DNA of 64,000 bases from an uncultured delta proteobacterium (GTDB taxonomy: Bacteria; Desulfobacterota; Syntrophia; Syntrophales; UBA5619), in assembly GCA_963817385.1 (NCBI GenBank), contig CAWFOM010000005.1, positions 64,001-128,000 on the forward strand. Direction: 5' to 3'. How positions within the stretch are numbered: the stretch's first letter is position 1; every line of letters starts with the position of its first letter. Positions 11,170 through 20,848 of this stretch are shown here, in pieces. A model generated the notes under the pieces. The model was given only the letters and a program-made list of their open reading frames with translations. It ran no database searches and was not told where the DNA came from. The position numbers and the translations under genes are program-made.

Positions 11170-12891
11170 TTATGGCTCCTCATTGATGATCCGCGGGGTA
11201 ATGAACACGAGCAGCTCGCGGGTATCCTTCGTTTTGGTCTCGTACTTGAACAGCCACCCGAGCAAAGGAATCTCCGAGAGCCAGGGAACCGCGTCCTTTG
11301 CGAAGGTCTCCGTCGTCTTGAAGACGCCTCCTACGACGATGGTGTCGCCATCTTTCACAACAATCTTGGAGGTCACGCCGCTCGTGTTGATGGCCGGATT
11401 CCCCTGGATCCGTTCGGTGGTGTTGTCGATTTCCTTGTTGGAGGCTTCGATTACCATGGAGATCCGCTCCTTGTCCGCGGTTATCTTGGGCGTCACGACC
11501 AGACGGAGGTCGGCCTCCTCGTAACGGACCGTGGGCGGGTTTGAGTTCGTCCCCGGCGTCACGACGGGAACCTTCTTCCCCTGCCAGATCTCGGCCTTCT
11601 CATTTTCCAAGGTCGTCACCTTCGGCGAGGAGATGATCCGGCCGTCGCCCGACCCTTCCAGGGCGGAGAGCTTGGCGTCCAGGATGAACTGCGATGAACC
11701 CATGACGATGCCGATCCCCGGAGTCAAGGCGCCCAAACCTGCGCCGACAACGGAGGGGAAATTCACAGCCGTGTTGCTTTTGGTCAAGCCGAGCCCCGCG
11801 GGCAGGCTGGTGATATCGCCGGTGGATGAGTTGCCCATGAGCGCCCCGATGTCCCGGCCGCTCCAGATGTCCTTGTACCCGTACCCCCAGCGGATCCCCA
11901 ACTGACGGGTAAAATTCGTATTCACCTCGACAATCTTCGCCTCAATGGAGATCTGCTTGAGCCTTCCCTGTTCCACGTTCTGCTTCTGCTCGCGCACCTT
12001 CCGCTCATCTTCGGACTTGATCTGCGCTGTTTCGACGTCCCTGCGGTCGGCCTCGTCCTTTTTCTTCTGGGCGAGGGTGATCACCTTAATGACGCTACCC
12101 TCCTGCTTCTTTTCGAGCCCTTTAAGTTCGAGAACGGTGTCGAGTGCCTGCTCCCAGGGGACATCCTTCATATGGATGGTCACCGTCCCCTTGACGTCAT
12201 CGCCGGCAACGATACTGACCTTCCCGATCTCAGATAACGTGCGGAAGACTGCCTTATTGATATCGGCATCCTGAAAATCGAGTGATATCCGGGAACCGGT
12301 ATAAACCTTCTTCTCTTTCCCGGTGTCCGCCGCCATGGTCTTCGCCGCATTCTTCTCCGGTTTTATGGATGTTGTTGCCGGTGTTACGGAAGCCACGGCC
12401 GGTTGAACCGCGGGAGACGGTTTTCCCGGGACAGGCTCTGCAGACGATGCCGCGGCGGCCACATTAAAATCGATGAGGACATTCATCCCCTCCTGCCGAA
12501 CGCTGTATGGTACCTTCTGCTTCAGCTCGATCGTCGCAAGAATCCAAGATCGGCCATCGGCCGATTTTTGAACGGGTGTTACCTGAACCACATTAGCGAG
12601 AGCCGCATCGCCGAGGGGGCGGCGGAGCCCCTCGGGAACGAAGAGGTTTTCCAGGCGAACCACAATCGCATTGCCCGGTAGATTCTCGACCGTCACCCCG
12701 GACTGTTTTGACACTGCAAAGGTCACCCGTTCCTTACCCTGCAACTTCTTAAAAGTGACGTTTTCCAGGTATCCGGTCATCGGTGTGGATGTATCCGGTC
12801 CCATGGGTGGCGCAGCCCACACCGGAGGGATGGCCGCCGTCATGATCAACGCTGAAAAAACAAGCCATTGCCATTGTATTACCCGTTTCAT
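11170..12891 (-). CDS. pilQ: Type IV pilus secretin
   Basis: YTGSRISLDFQDAD, VPWEQALD, QISIEAKIVE, ISSPKVTTL, VPWLSEIPLLGWLFK, ELLVFITPRII; last gene of pilMNOPQ. Confidence 0.93.
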   Translation of the reverse strand: MKRVIQWQWLVFSALIMTAAIPPVWAAPPMGPDTSTPMTGYLENVTFKKLQGKERVTFAVSKQSGVTVENLPGNAIVVRLENLFVPEGLRRPLGDAALANVVQVTPVQKSADGRSWILATIELKQKVPYSVRQEGMNVLIDFNVAAAASSAEPVPGKPSPAVQPAVASVTPATTSIKPEKNAAKTMAADTGKEKKVYTGSRISLDFQDADINKAVFRTLSEIGKVSIVAGDDVKGTVTIHMKDVPWEQALDTVLELKGLEKKQEGSVIKVITLAQKKKDEADRRDVETAQIKSEDERKVREQKQNVEQGRLKQISIEAKIVEVNTNFTRQLGIRWGYGYKDIWSGRDIGALMGNSSTGDITSLPAGLGLTKSNTAVNFPSVVGAGLGALTPGIGIVMGSSQFILDAKLSALEGSGDGRIISSPKVTTLENEKAEIWQGKKVPVVTPGTNSNPPTVRYEEADLRLVVTPKITADKERISMVIEASNKEIDNTTERIQGNPAINTSGVTSKIVVKDGDTIVVGGVFKTTETFAKDAVPWLSEIPLLGWLFKYETKTKDTRELLVFITPRIINEEP

Positions 12892-13502
12892 GGTTTCCCC
12901 TCTTCTTCCTTGTGCAGCATTATGGGAATTCGCCGGATCTCTGCTTTCCGGACTTTTTTTGTCTGGTCTTGGAGCAGTTCCTCGACGATCACGCGATCAA
13001 GCAGGATTGAGGCGACCCGCCCCCCGTTCGGGCCAATATAAGTTCCCACAAACAGGGGATAGTATTTTTTCGCAACGCCATCTTCCACGATTGCCATACG
13101 CCTCTGGTCGTCACCGGCGATCCCGACGAGGCGAAACTGCCCGACCTCCGCCTGCTGGAGCGGTGAGATGGGGAACTTCTTTACGGCCGCCTTTTTCTTC
13201 AGTTCCTCTTCCTTCTTTTTTTTCAGAGCAAGATCCAGTTCGATGAACGGAACAAATGGGTCCGCCTTGCCCGCTGCCTGATAACTGTACGTGGGTGACG
13301 GCGTCGGTGCAGCGGCGGGTACTGAGGCGGCGGCGGTCCCGTCCGATTTCGCTGCCGGGCCGCCGGGGCTGACGGTCGCCGGTGCAGGCGGAGGAACCGC
13401 CTTCACTTCAGCAGCCCAGGACCAGGCAGCACCGGTCCCGCCTGTGAGTAAAAACATCAGGACGCCTCCCCAAACAACCTGTATGGCACGCCGTTTCATC
13501 AT
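12888..13502 (-). CDS. pilP: Type IV pilus assembly protein PilP
   Basis: GKADPFVP, SPLQ....QFRLVGI, A.VED, G.YIG.NGGRV; operon position. Confidence 0.85.
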   Translation of the reverse strand: MMKRRAIQVVWGGVLMFLLTGGTGAAWSWAAEVKAVPPPAPATVSPGGPAAKSDGTAAASVPAAAPTPSPTYSYQAAGKADPFVPFIELDLALKKKKEEELKKKAAVKKFPISPLQQAEVGQFRLVGIAGDDQRRMAIVEDGVAKKYYPLFVGTYIGPNGGRVASILLDRVIVEELLQDQTKKVRKAEIRRIPIMLHKEEEGKP

Positions 13503-14164
13503 TTCTTGTCCGCAAACATGTAGGTTTTCACCGTGCAGGATGTCTTGATGACACGCCCTCGCCCTTTAACGTTCTGGGCATCTCCCATAGTAATGTCTTC
13601 AATGTTGACAATCCGGGACAGGCGGGCCACCTGCTCGAAGAAGGAAAGCGTATTATGGAATCCTCCTGCCACCTGCACTTTGATGGGAATTTCATTATAA
13701 AACTTCTCGGGTTCCGCTTTTTTCGGCACCGGAGTCTTGGGATCGTTCGGCTTGGATGCCGGCGGTTGGGGTGCGCCCGGTTTCATCTCAGGGGCCTTCT
13801 TCTCCGGCGGCTTCGGCTCAAAGAGCAGGAAATCTACCCCGGACCCCGTCCCCGATTGGACCACCGCAGCCAGAAGTCCCGCGATCTCCCGCTCATTGGG
13901 AAGCTTCAGCAACGCCACCTTGAAGGACTCTTTGAGTGCACTGACCTCACGGATATACTTGTCAAGCTGCGCCACGGTCCTTTCCTTTTCTACAATCTGC
14001 TGCTGCAGATCGGCAAGTTTTGTTTCGAGGGCCATCTTGTTCTTCAGGGCGCCCTGAAGGAAAAACATGTAATAGAAATAGCCGATCAGGATGCAGACCA
14101 GGGAGATAATCAGTACCTTGAGGTTTAGAGGGAGTTTCTTCAGTTCATCGAGATTTATGGCCAT
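13499..14164 (-). CDS. pilO: Type IV pilus assembly protein PilO
   Basis: N-terminal TM, coiled coil, LPNEREIAGLL, FYNEIPI, FH..F...VARLSRIVNI. Confidence 0.9.
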   Translation of the reverse strand: MAINLDELKKLPLNLKVLIISLVCILIGYFYYMFFLQGALKNKMALETKLADLQQQIVEKERTVAQLDKYIREVSALKESFKVALLKLPNEREIAGLLAAVVQSGTGSGVDFLLFEPKPPEKKAPEMKPGAPQPPASKPNDPKTPVPKKAEPEKFYNEIPIKVQVAGGFHNTLSFFEQVARLSRIVNIEDITMGDAQNVKGRGRVIKTSCTVKTYMFADKK

Positions 14165-14167
14165 GGT

Positions 14168-14716
14168 TTACAATCCCCTTTTTATCGCACACATCAGGAT
14201 GAACTGCTGCAACTTCACACCGGCCACGTCTTTTTCCTTGGAGACCACCAGATCGACGGACTTGATGAAACTGGCCTTTTCCAAATTCTTCATGAAAAGG
14301 GCCACGGTACCGTTGTCCTTGGCAACTCCTTCGATGCGCAGATCCTTTTCCGTTTCGATGATCTTATCCAGCCAAGCATCCTTCGTAGGAAGCATCAGGT
14401 TCAGTTCATCCAGCATCTGGACCGGGAAAAGCCGGTTACCCTCCAAGGATGCAATCACTCCTAATTTCTGCTCCAGCTCTTTCTTATCTCTTTTGAAACC
14501 TTCGATATCGCCCACTTTTTTGTTCAGAACAGCAATCTTGGCCTCCCCCGTCCGGATCTTCGTCTCGAGACTGCCAATAGTCATGCTGAAGTAGAGGTAG
14601 ATGGCAGCAAGGATCAGGAAAACCAGAACCAGAACGCCGGAGAGGATGAACATCTGGCGCCGGAGATTCTCCTTTTTCTCCTTTTCCCGATAGGGAAGAA
14701 GATTGATCCTGATCAT
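14168..14716 (-). CDS. pilN: Type IV pilus assembly protein PilN
   Basis: MIRINLLPYRE N-terminal motif, TM, coiled coil. Confidence 0.92.
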   Translation of the reverse strand: MIRINLLPYREKEKKENLRRQMFILSGVLVLVFLILAAIYLYFSMTIGSLETKIRTGEAKIAVLNKKVGDIEGFKRDKKELEQKLGVIASLEGNRLFPVQMLDELNLMLPTKDAWLDKIIETEKDLRIEGVAKDNGTVALFMKNLEKASFIKSVDLVVSKEKDVAGVKLQQFILMCAIKRGL

Positions 14717-15792
14717 TTGTCACCAACCTTCCGCAGAGCGAGACCCACACTGACGGCGGCAATGGGACCAATACGCTCCACCGCCTCCTTTTTCAGGATT
14801 TTGGCATCGCAGGTGATCTTTTTGAAGGGATTGATGATTTCCGTTTCAATTGCCAGCCGTTGGGCCAAGTTGGCAGCAATGCCGGGGATCAGGGCCCCAC
14901 CGCCGGATAGGAGAACATGCTTGACGGTTTCCGAGCCGAAGGTCGAACGGAAGTAGTCGACCGATCGTTCGATCTCGGAGCAGATGGGATCGGCATAGGC
15001 GATCAACCCTTCCCGGAAGATCCGCCGGGCCTGTTCGTTATCACCGAAACCATCAACCTTGGCCTTTTCCGCCTCCTCAAAGGAGACGCCCAGATTCTGG
15101 GCGATCGTCTCAGTCACGGAATTTACGCCGAGGGTAAAATCCCGGGTGAAGATCGATACCCCGCCCTTCACCGCATTGAGATTGGTAATGCTTGCCCCGA
15201 TATTGATGAGGACGGCGACATCGTTTTCTTCGAATTCATAATTCTCTTCGTACATGGTTTCGAGAGCAAAGGAATCGACATCCATGATCACCGGAACGAG
15301 GCCCGCCGCTTCAATGACCTCCGTATAGCCTTCGATGATCTCCTTCTTGGCCGCCACAAGGAGAACTTCCATTTGGGTAGGATTGTAGGGGTTATCGCCA
15401 ATGATCTGACAGTCGTAGTCGACCGTGGCCATGTCGTCGAAAGGCAGATACTTCCCCGCCTCATCATGGATGAGTTCCCGCAGTTCATTCTCATCCATCT
15501 GGACAAAGGTGACCTTCTTCACGATCACGGCGTGTCCGGAGATGGAGGTGACGATCATCTTCCGTCTGCACCCGGACTGTTTGTAGAGTTCCTTTATGGT
15601 TGCGATTAGGATTTCCGGCTCCACAACGGCGCCGTCAACGATAACCCCCCTGGCCAGGGGCATTTGGAAAAAGCGGCTAAGGACGCGACCTTGGGGGGTA
15701 TCCTGTATCTCCGCAATCTTGATACTGCTCGACCCGATGTCCAGTCCGGCGAGCTGCTTTCCCCCCCCCAATAATCCCCCGATGTCGAACAT
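14713..15792 (-). CDS. pilM: Type IV pilus assembly ATPase-like protein PilM
   Basis: GLDIGSSSIK, VLLVAAKKE, MDVDSFAL, LLSGGGA, VGLALR. Confidence 0.93.
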   Translation of the reverse strand: MFDIGGLLGGGKQLAGLDIGSSSIKIAEIQDTPQGRVLSRFFQMPLARGVIVDGAVVEPEILIATIKELYKQSGCRRKMIVTSISGHAVIVKKVTFVQMDENELRELIHDEAGKYLPFDDMATVDYDCQIIGDNPYNPTQMEVLLVAAKKEIIEGYTEVIEAAGLVPVIMDVDSFALETMYEENYEFEENDVAVLINIGASITNLNAVKGGVSIFTRDFTLGVNSVTETIAQNLGVSFEEAEKAKVDGFGDNEQARRIFREGLIAYADPICSEIERSVDYFRSTFGSETVKHVLLSGGGALIPGIAANLAQRLAIETEIINPFKKITCDAKILKKEAVERIGPIAAVSVGLALRKVGDK

Positions 15793-15850
15793 GAACTCAC
15801 CGTATTAAGCCAAGTACGCGGATCCCGCCTATCCAGCGGCAGCGGAAATC

Positions 15851-16117
15851 TTATCGCGCTGTCCGATAAACCAGATCCCCCTTTTTAACCATGCCGAGTT
15901 CGCTTCTCGCCATCATCTCGATATAAGACGGATCATTCCGTAGCAGCGTGATGTTCTTTCTTAATGCAATATTTTCAAGAATCGTGCCATGATTGATTTT
16001 TTTCAGGGCCATCAGTTTTTCTTTCATCCGGTAGTTATCAATGAGCCCCCTGTCCCCGAATGTGATCAGGGTACCCATGAGCAAAACAAAGACGATGAGA
16101 TATCTGCCTACCTTCAT
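15851..16117 (-). CDS. FtsB/DivIC septum formation initiator family protein
   Basis: TM, FGDRGL, coiled coil, YIEMMARSELGMVKKGD. Confidence 0.85.
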   Translation of the reverse strand: MKVGRYLIVFVLLMGTLITFGDRGLIDNYRMKEKLMALKKINHGTILENIALRKNITLLRNDPSYIEMMARSELGMVKKGDLVYRTAR

Positions 16118-16170
16118 CCCGATGACACTTCTCCGCCAATATAGTGACGCATTGACCGAAATGCGCCATA

Positions 16171-16199
16171 GATATATACAAAAAAAAAAAGTTGTGCAA
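16171..16199 (-). promoter_or_regulatory. Putative promoter of ftsB-pilMNOPQ with a T11 tract in the spacer
   Basis: TTGCAC-17nt-TATATC on the minus strand; A11 run at 16180-16190 on the + strand. Confidence 0.35.
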
Positions 16200-16562
16200 G
16201 AGTTTATTATGTTAATTATGCGAATACCTTACTCTTAACCTTTAAAGCCCTGTTTTCCGCGAAAATTCCGATCACTATTTTCGTTGTCAAGATACCGCCA
16301 GATTGTGTCTGAAGTCAAGGATAATTAAACATAACTATGTGAACTATTTCACATTTCACACGTGATACTCATTTCCGAAGGGATCCGCAGCGGAAAGACT
16401 GCGCCCGACACCGGCAACCCCGCTCCGTCCGCATTCCCTAGGGAAAAATTATGACGAGCAGAAGGTCGGCGACGGACCGGAAATTGCCTTTTTTATGAAT
16501 GTTTGGGTGAAAAATGTATCGATTGTGACGGGAACTTATTTCCTAGGCTCTCTCGCAGAGAT

Positions 16563-17012
16563 TTACTTGGTATGGCCGAACCCGCCACCGCCCCGCTCCG
16601 TCGGAGACAACGCCTCGCAGACCGCCCAGTGCACACGGCAGATCCGGTGCACCACCATCTGGGCGATGCGGTCTCCCCGCCGGACGACAAAGGGCGCCTG
16701 ACCGTGGTTGATCAGGATAATCCCCACCTCCCCGCGATAATCTGCATCGATCGTACCCGGGGCGTTGAGAAGGGTTACGCCGTGGCGCAGGGCCAAGCCG
16801 CTCCGGGGGCGGATCTCGGCCTCATACCCTTCGGGAAGCTCCACCGTCACGCCCGTCGGTATCAGCGCCCTTTCCCCGGGAAGGATCGTTACCTCAGCCC
16901 CGACCGCCGCAGTCAGATCGGCCCCCGCCGCTTGTTTAGTCATGTAGCAGGGCAGGGGCAAGTCCTCCGTCCCGGGCAGTCGCCGGATGGGGACCCGGAG
17001 CTCTTCTATCAT
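16563..17012 (-). CDS. dut: dUTP diphosphatase
   Basis: [39 protein letters not shown]. Confidence 0.96.
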   Translation of the reverse strand: MIEELRVPIRRLPGTEDLPLPCYMTKQAAGADLTAAVGAEVTILPGERALIPTGVTVELPEGYEAEIRPRSGLALRHGVTLLNAPGTIDADYRGEVGIILINHGQAPFVVRRGDRIAQMVVHRICRVHWAVCEALSPTERGGGGFGHTK

Positions 17013-17039
17013 ACCTTTCTCCCGTTTGAGCCGAAGCCG

Positions 17040-18281
17040 TCAAAACACCAGATCTTCTTCGGCAATCGGACCGAGCGCCGCGACCGTCATGGCTTCCGGC
17101 CGGAACATCGCTCTGGCCAGGGAGCGGACCTCTTCCCGCTCGACCCCATCGATCCGTTCGATGATCTCCTCCGGCGTCACCTGCCGTCCGAAACAGATCT
17201 CGTTCTTGGCCAGTCCCGTCATCCGATTGTCCGTGCTTTCCATGCCGAGGAGGAAATTCCCTTTGAGCAGTTCCTTGGCCGACCGCAGTTCCGTTTCCGT
17301 CAGGAGTTCGGAGGAGAAGCGCTCCAGACCTTCCCGGACAAGCGCCAGAACCTCACGGACCCGCTCGCTGCCGGTCCCCGCGTAGATTCCAAACAGGCCG
17401 GTGTCCATGTACGAGGTCAGATAGGAATAGATCGCATAGGCAAGGCCCCTCTTTTCCCGGATCTCCTGAAACAGCCAGGAGCTCATGCTTCCCCCGAGAA
17501 CGGCGTTCAGAAGAAATCCCGCGTGCCGCTCGGGGCTGACCGCCGAAGGCGCCGGCGCACCGATGATGAGATGCACCTGTTCCAGTTCTTTCGGGAGAAC
17601 GGCCCGCCCCGGCCTTGCCGCCGGGGCTTCGGTCCGTTCGCACACGGATGAACCGGCGAGCGATCCGAAGGACCGCCGGACCAGATCTACGAATTGATGG
17701 TGTTTGAGATGCCCGGCCGCACTGATCACCAGACGATTCCCCTGGTAGCGGCTCTGAAAGAACTGGAGCAGATCGTTGCGACGAAAGGCCTCGATCCGTT
17801 CCCTCGTCCCCAGAATGGGAAGGCCGAGGGGATGATCCTGCCAGAACATCCCTTCGAAGAAGTCGTGGATATAGTCGTCGGGGGTATCCTCGACCATCCG
17901 GATCTCCTGGAGGATCACCGACCGCTCCCGGCCGATCTCCGTCTCGTCGAAGCGCGAAGAAGTAAAGATGTCGGCCAAGAGATCGACGGCCAGCTCCGCA
18001 TGGTAATCCGGGATCTTGATGTAAAAGGAGGTGAGCTCTTTCCCCGTCGCGGCGTTCATCACGCCGCCGACGGAATCGATGGCAGAGGCGATATCGAAGG
18101 CGGAGCGCCGCTCCGTCCCTTTGAACAGCATGTGCTCGATGAAATGGGCCGCCCCGTTGGTCAGTCCGTTTTCGTGGCGGGAACCGCCTTCCACCCAGGC
18201 CCCGATGGAGACCGACCGGACATGGTCGATCTCTTCGGATATGACCCGGATGCCGTTATCCAGAATGGTCTTATTGACCAT
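17040..18281 (-). CDS. M16-family zinc peptidase
   Basis: AHFIEHMLFKGT (HxxEH), LGGSMSS.LFQEIREKRGLAY. Confidence 0.93.
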   Translation of the reverse strand: MVNKTILDNGIRVISEEIDHVRSVSIGAWVEGGSRHENGLTNGAAHFIEHMLFKGTERRSAFDIASAIDSVGGVMNAATGKELTSFYIKIPDYHAELAVDLLADIFTSSRFDETEIGRERSVILQEIRMVEDTPDDYIHDFFEGMFWQDHPLGLPILGTRERIEAFRRNDLLQFFQSRYQGNRLVISAAGHLKHHQFVDLVRRSFGSLAGSSVCERTEAPAARPGRAVLPKELEQVHLIIGAPAPSAVSPERHAGFLLNAVLGGSMSSWLFQEIREKRGLAYAIYSYLTSYMDTGLFGIYAGTGSERVREVLALVREGLERFSSELLTETELRSAKELLKGNFLLGMESTDNRMTGLAKNEICFGRQVTPEEIIERIDGVEREEVRSLARAMFRPEAMTVAALGPIAEEDLVF

Positions 18282-20391
18282 TTTCCCCCAGCGCTTCCTT
18301 CCTGCTGAGACGGATCTTTCCCTGCTTGTCCATCTCCAGCACCTTGACCATCACCTCGTCCCCCTCGCGGAGGACATCGGTGACCTTGTTCACCCGCTCC
18401 TTGGCGATCTGGGAGATGTGCAAAAGCCCTTCCGTCCCGGGCAGGATCTCGACGAAGGCGCCGAAATCGACAATCTTCTTGACCGTACCCTTGTAGATCT
18501 TCCCGACCTCGGCATCCTCGGTCAGCCACTTCACCATGGCCACGGCCCGGGCGGCGGCTTCCGCGTCGCTGGAGGCGATGGTCACCGTGCCGTCATCCTC
18601 CACGTTGATCTCGACACCCGTCTCCGCCACGATCTGGCGGATGTTCTTGCCGCCGGAACCGATCACGTCGCGCACCTTCTCCGGCCGCACCTTGACGGTG
18701 GTGATCCGCGGGGCATAGACGGAGATATCAGGGCGCGGCGCGGTAATGGTTTCGCGCAGCTTGCCGATGATGAAGATCCTCCCCTCCCGTGCCTGGTTGA
18801 GGGCCTTCCTCAGGATGTCTCCCGTCAGGTTATCGATCTTGATGTCCATCTGCATGGAGGTGACGCCCTTTTCGGTGCCGCAGACCTTGAAGTCCATGTC
18901 GCCCGCATGATCCTCGTCGCCGAGGATATCGGAGAGAATGACCACCTGATCGCCTTCCTTCAGGAGACCCATGGCAATCCCGGCGACGGTGTCCCGAATC
19001 GGCACCCCGGCATCCATCAGGGAAAGACATCCGCCGCAGACGGTGGCCATCGAAGAGGAACCGTTGGAAGACAGGATGTCGGAGACGACCCGGATGGTGT
19101 AGGGAAACGCCTCTTTCGGCGGCAGCACGGGGAGGAGCGCCCGTCTCGACAGACCGCCGTGGCCGATCTCCCGCCTTCCCGGGCTCCGGAGAGGCTTGGC
19201 CTCACCGACCGAGTAGGGAGGAAAATTGTAATGAAGCAGGAAGGAGCGTCGCTCCTCGCCGGCGATATAATCCATCCGCTGCTCGTCATGGGAGGTCCCC
19301 AGGGTCACGGTCACCAGGGCTTGCGTCTCGCCCCGGTTGAACAGCGCCGACCCGTGGGCGCGCGGGAGAATCCCGATCTCGGAGCTGATCGGGCGGATCT
19401 CCGTATTGGAACGGCCGTCGATTCTCCGGTTCTCCTTGAGAATCATCTCCCGGAGGATGCGCCTCTCCAAAGACTCGATGATCTCGAGAATTTTCGGCTT
19501 GAGCGAGGGATTTTCGGCCGTCAGCGTCTGAACGGCGCTTTTGCGGACCTGATCGAGCTTCGCATAGCGCTCCATCTTGCGCGCCATGCCATACCCTTCT
19601 TTGAGCCCCGGCAGGACCGTACCGGACACCTTCGCCACGAGGGTCTCGTCGACGGCCGGAATCTCCACGACCCGCTTGGTCTTGCCCGTTTCCTGGCGCA
19701 TGCGGTCCTGAAGATCGATCACCGGCCGCATCGCCTCGAGACCGAAGTTGATGGCATCGACGATTGTGTCCTCGTCGACCTCGTTCGACCCGCCTTCCAT
19801 CATGACGAGGTTCACGTCATACGCCCGCCCCTTCGTGCCGGGGACGATTTTCCGTCCCACCAGAAAGAGGTTGAGATCGCTTTTTTCTTGAACCTCCTGC
19901 GAAGGGTTGTAGACGAAAGCGCCATCCACACGACCGACACGGACACCGGCAATCGGTCCCTTGAAGGGGATGTCCGAGATCTCGAGCGCGGCGGACGCGG
20001 CCAGCATCGCCGCTACATCGGAGTCGTTCTCGTTGTCCACGGAAAGGACCGAGGCCATGAGCTGGGTTTCGTGAAAATAGTTCTTCGGAAACAGCGGGCG
20101 GATGGAGCGGTCGATGATTCGTGAGGTGAGGATCTCCTTTTCGTTGAGACGACCTTCCCTCTTGAAGAAACCGCCGGGAATCTTCCCCGCAGCATAGGTC
20201 ATTTCCTGATAGTCCACGGTTAGAGGCAGAAAATCGACTCCTTCCCGTATCGATTTGAGGGAAACGGCAGTCACCAGAACCACCGTGTCTCCGTATGTCG
20301 CCAGGACGGCGCCGTCCGCCTGCCCCGCTACATAGTCCGTCTTGAGGGAGATCTCCCTCCCCGCAAAATCTGCACTGAACAGTTTACTCAT
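18271..20391 (-). CDS. pnp: Polyribonucleotide nucleotidyltransferase
   Basis: DFLPLTVDY, GRREIGHG, SNGSSSMA, GDMDFKV, KH and S1 domains. Confidence 0.98.
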   Translation of the reverse strand: MSKLFSADFAGREISLKTDYVAGQADGAVLATYGDTVVLVTAVSLKSIREGVDFLPLTVDYQEMTYAAGKIPGGFFKREGRLNEKEILTSRIIDRSIRPLFPKNYFHETQLMASVLSVDNENDSDVAAMLAASAALEISDIPFKGPIAGVRVGRVDGAFVYNPSQEVQEKSDLNLFLVGRKIVPGTKGRAYDVNLVMMEGGSNEVDEDTIVDAINFGLEAMRPVIDLQDRMRQETGKTKRVVEIPAVDETLVAKVSGTVLPGLKEGYGMARKMERYAKLDQVRKSAVQTLTAENPSLKPKILEIIESLERRILREMILKENRRIDGRSNTEIRPISSEIGILPRAHGSALFNRGETQALVTVTLGTSHDEQRMDYIAGEERRSFLLHYNFPPYSVGEAKPLRSPGRREIGHGGLSRRALLPVLPPKEAFPYTIRVVSDILSSNGSSSMATVCGGCLSLMDAGVPIRDTVAGIAMGLLKEGDQVVILSDILGDEDHAGDMDFKVCGTEKGVTSMQMDIKIDNLTGDILRKALNQAREGRIFIIGKLRETITAPRPDISVYAPRITTVKVRPEKVRDVIGSGGKNIRQIVAETGVEINVEDDGTVTIASSDAEAAARAVAMVKWLTEDAEVGKIYKGTVKKIVDFGAFVEILPGTEGLLHISQIAKERVNKVTDVLREGDEVMVKVLEMDKQGKIRLSRKEALGENGQ

Positions 20392-20433
20392 AGTTTCCTC
20401 TCAAATTTTTTGATTGACGGCACGGGATCTGAA

Positions 20434-20502
20434 AGGAGTAGGCAGTAGGCAGTAGGGAGCAGACGGAAAGGGCCTGCTTCTTACTCCTTACTTCCTACTC
20501 CT
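20434..20502. repeat. Long imperfect hairpin made of inverted 7-nt tandem repeats in the rpsO-pnp spacer
   Basis: AGGAGTAGG-CAGTAGG-CAGTAGG-GAGCAG ... CTGCTT-CTTACT-CCTTACT-TCCTACTCCT. Confidence 0.75.
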
Positions 20503-20531
20503 CAAAAGATACCCCGCACCCTGCGCTCAGA

Positions 20532-20798
20532 TCACTTCCTGAGCCCGAGACGCTGAATCACACTTCGGTAGCGTTCCACGTCCTTTTTCTTCACATAGTC
20601 CAGAAGCCTTCGCCGCTGGCCGACCAGCTTCAGGAGCCCTCTGCGGGAATGGTGATCCTTCTTGTGGGTCTTGAAGTGTTCCGTCAGATACTCTATCCTG
20701 GCGCTCAGGAGGGCAATCTGGACCTCCGGGGATCCCGTATCCTTCTCGTGTAACTGATAACTGTCGATGATTCCCTTTCTTTTTCCCACATCTAACAC
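20532..20798 (-). CDS. rpsO: 30S ribosomal protein S15
   Basis: [12 protein letters not shown]...[25 protein letters not shown] start chosen from RBS spacing. Confidence 0.97.
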   Translation of the reverse strand: MLDVGKRKGIIDSYQLHEKDTGSPEVQIALLSARIEYLTEHFKTHKKDHHSRRGLLKLVGQRRRLLDYVKKKDVERYRSVIQRLGLRK

Positions 20799-20848
20799 TG
20801 CTCTCATCCTCCCTTAAGTCAATGACGCAATTCTCAAGACATGTTGCC

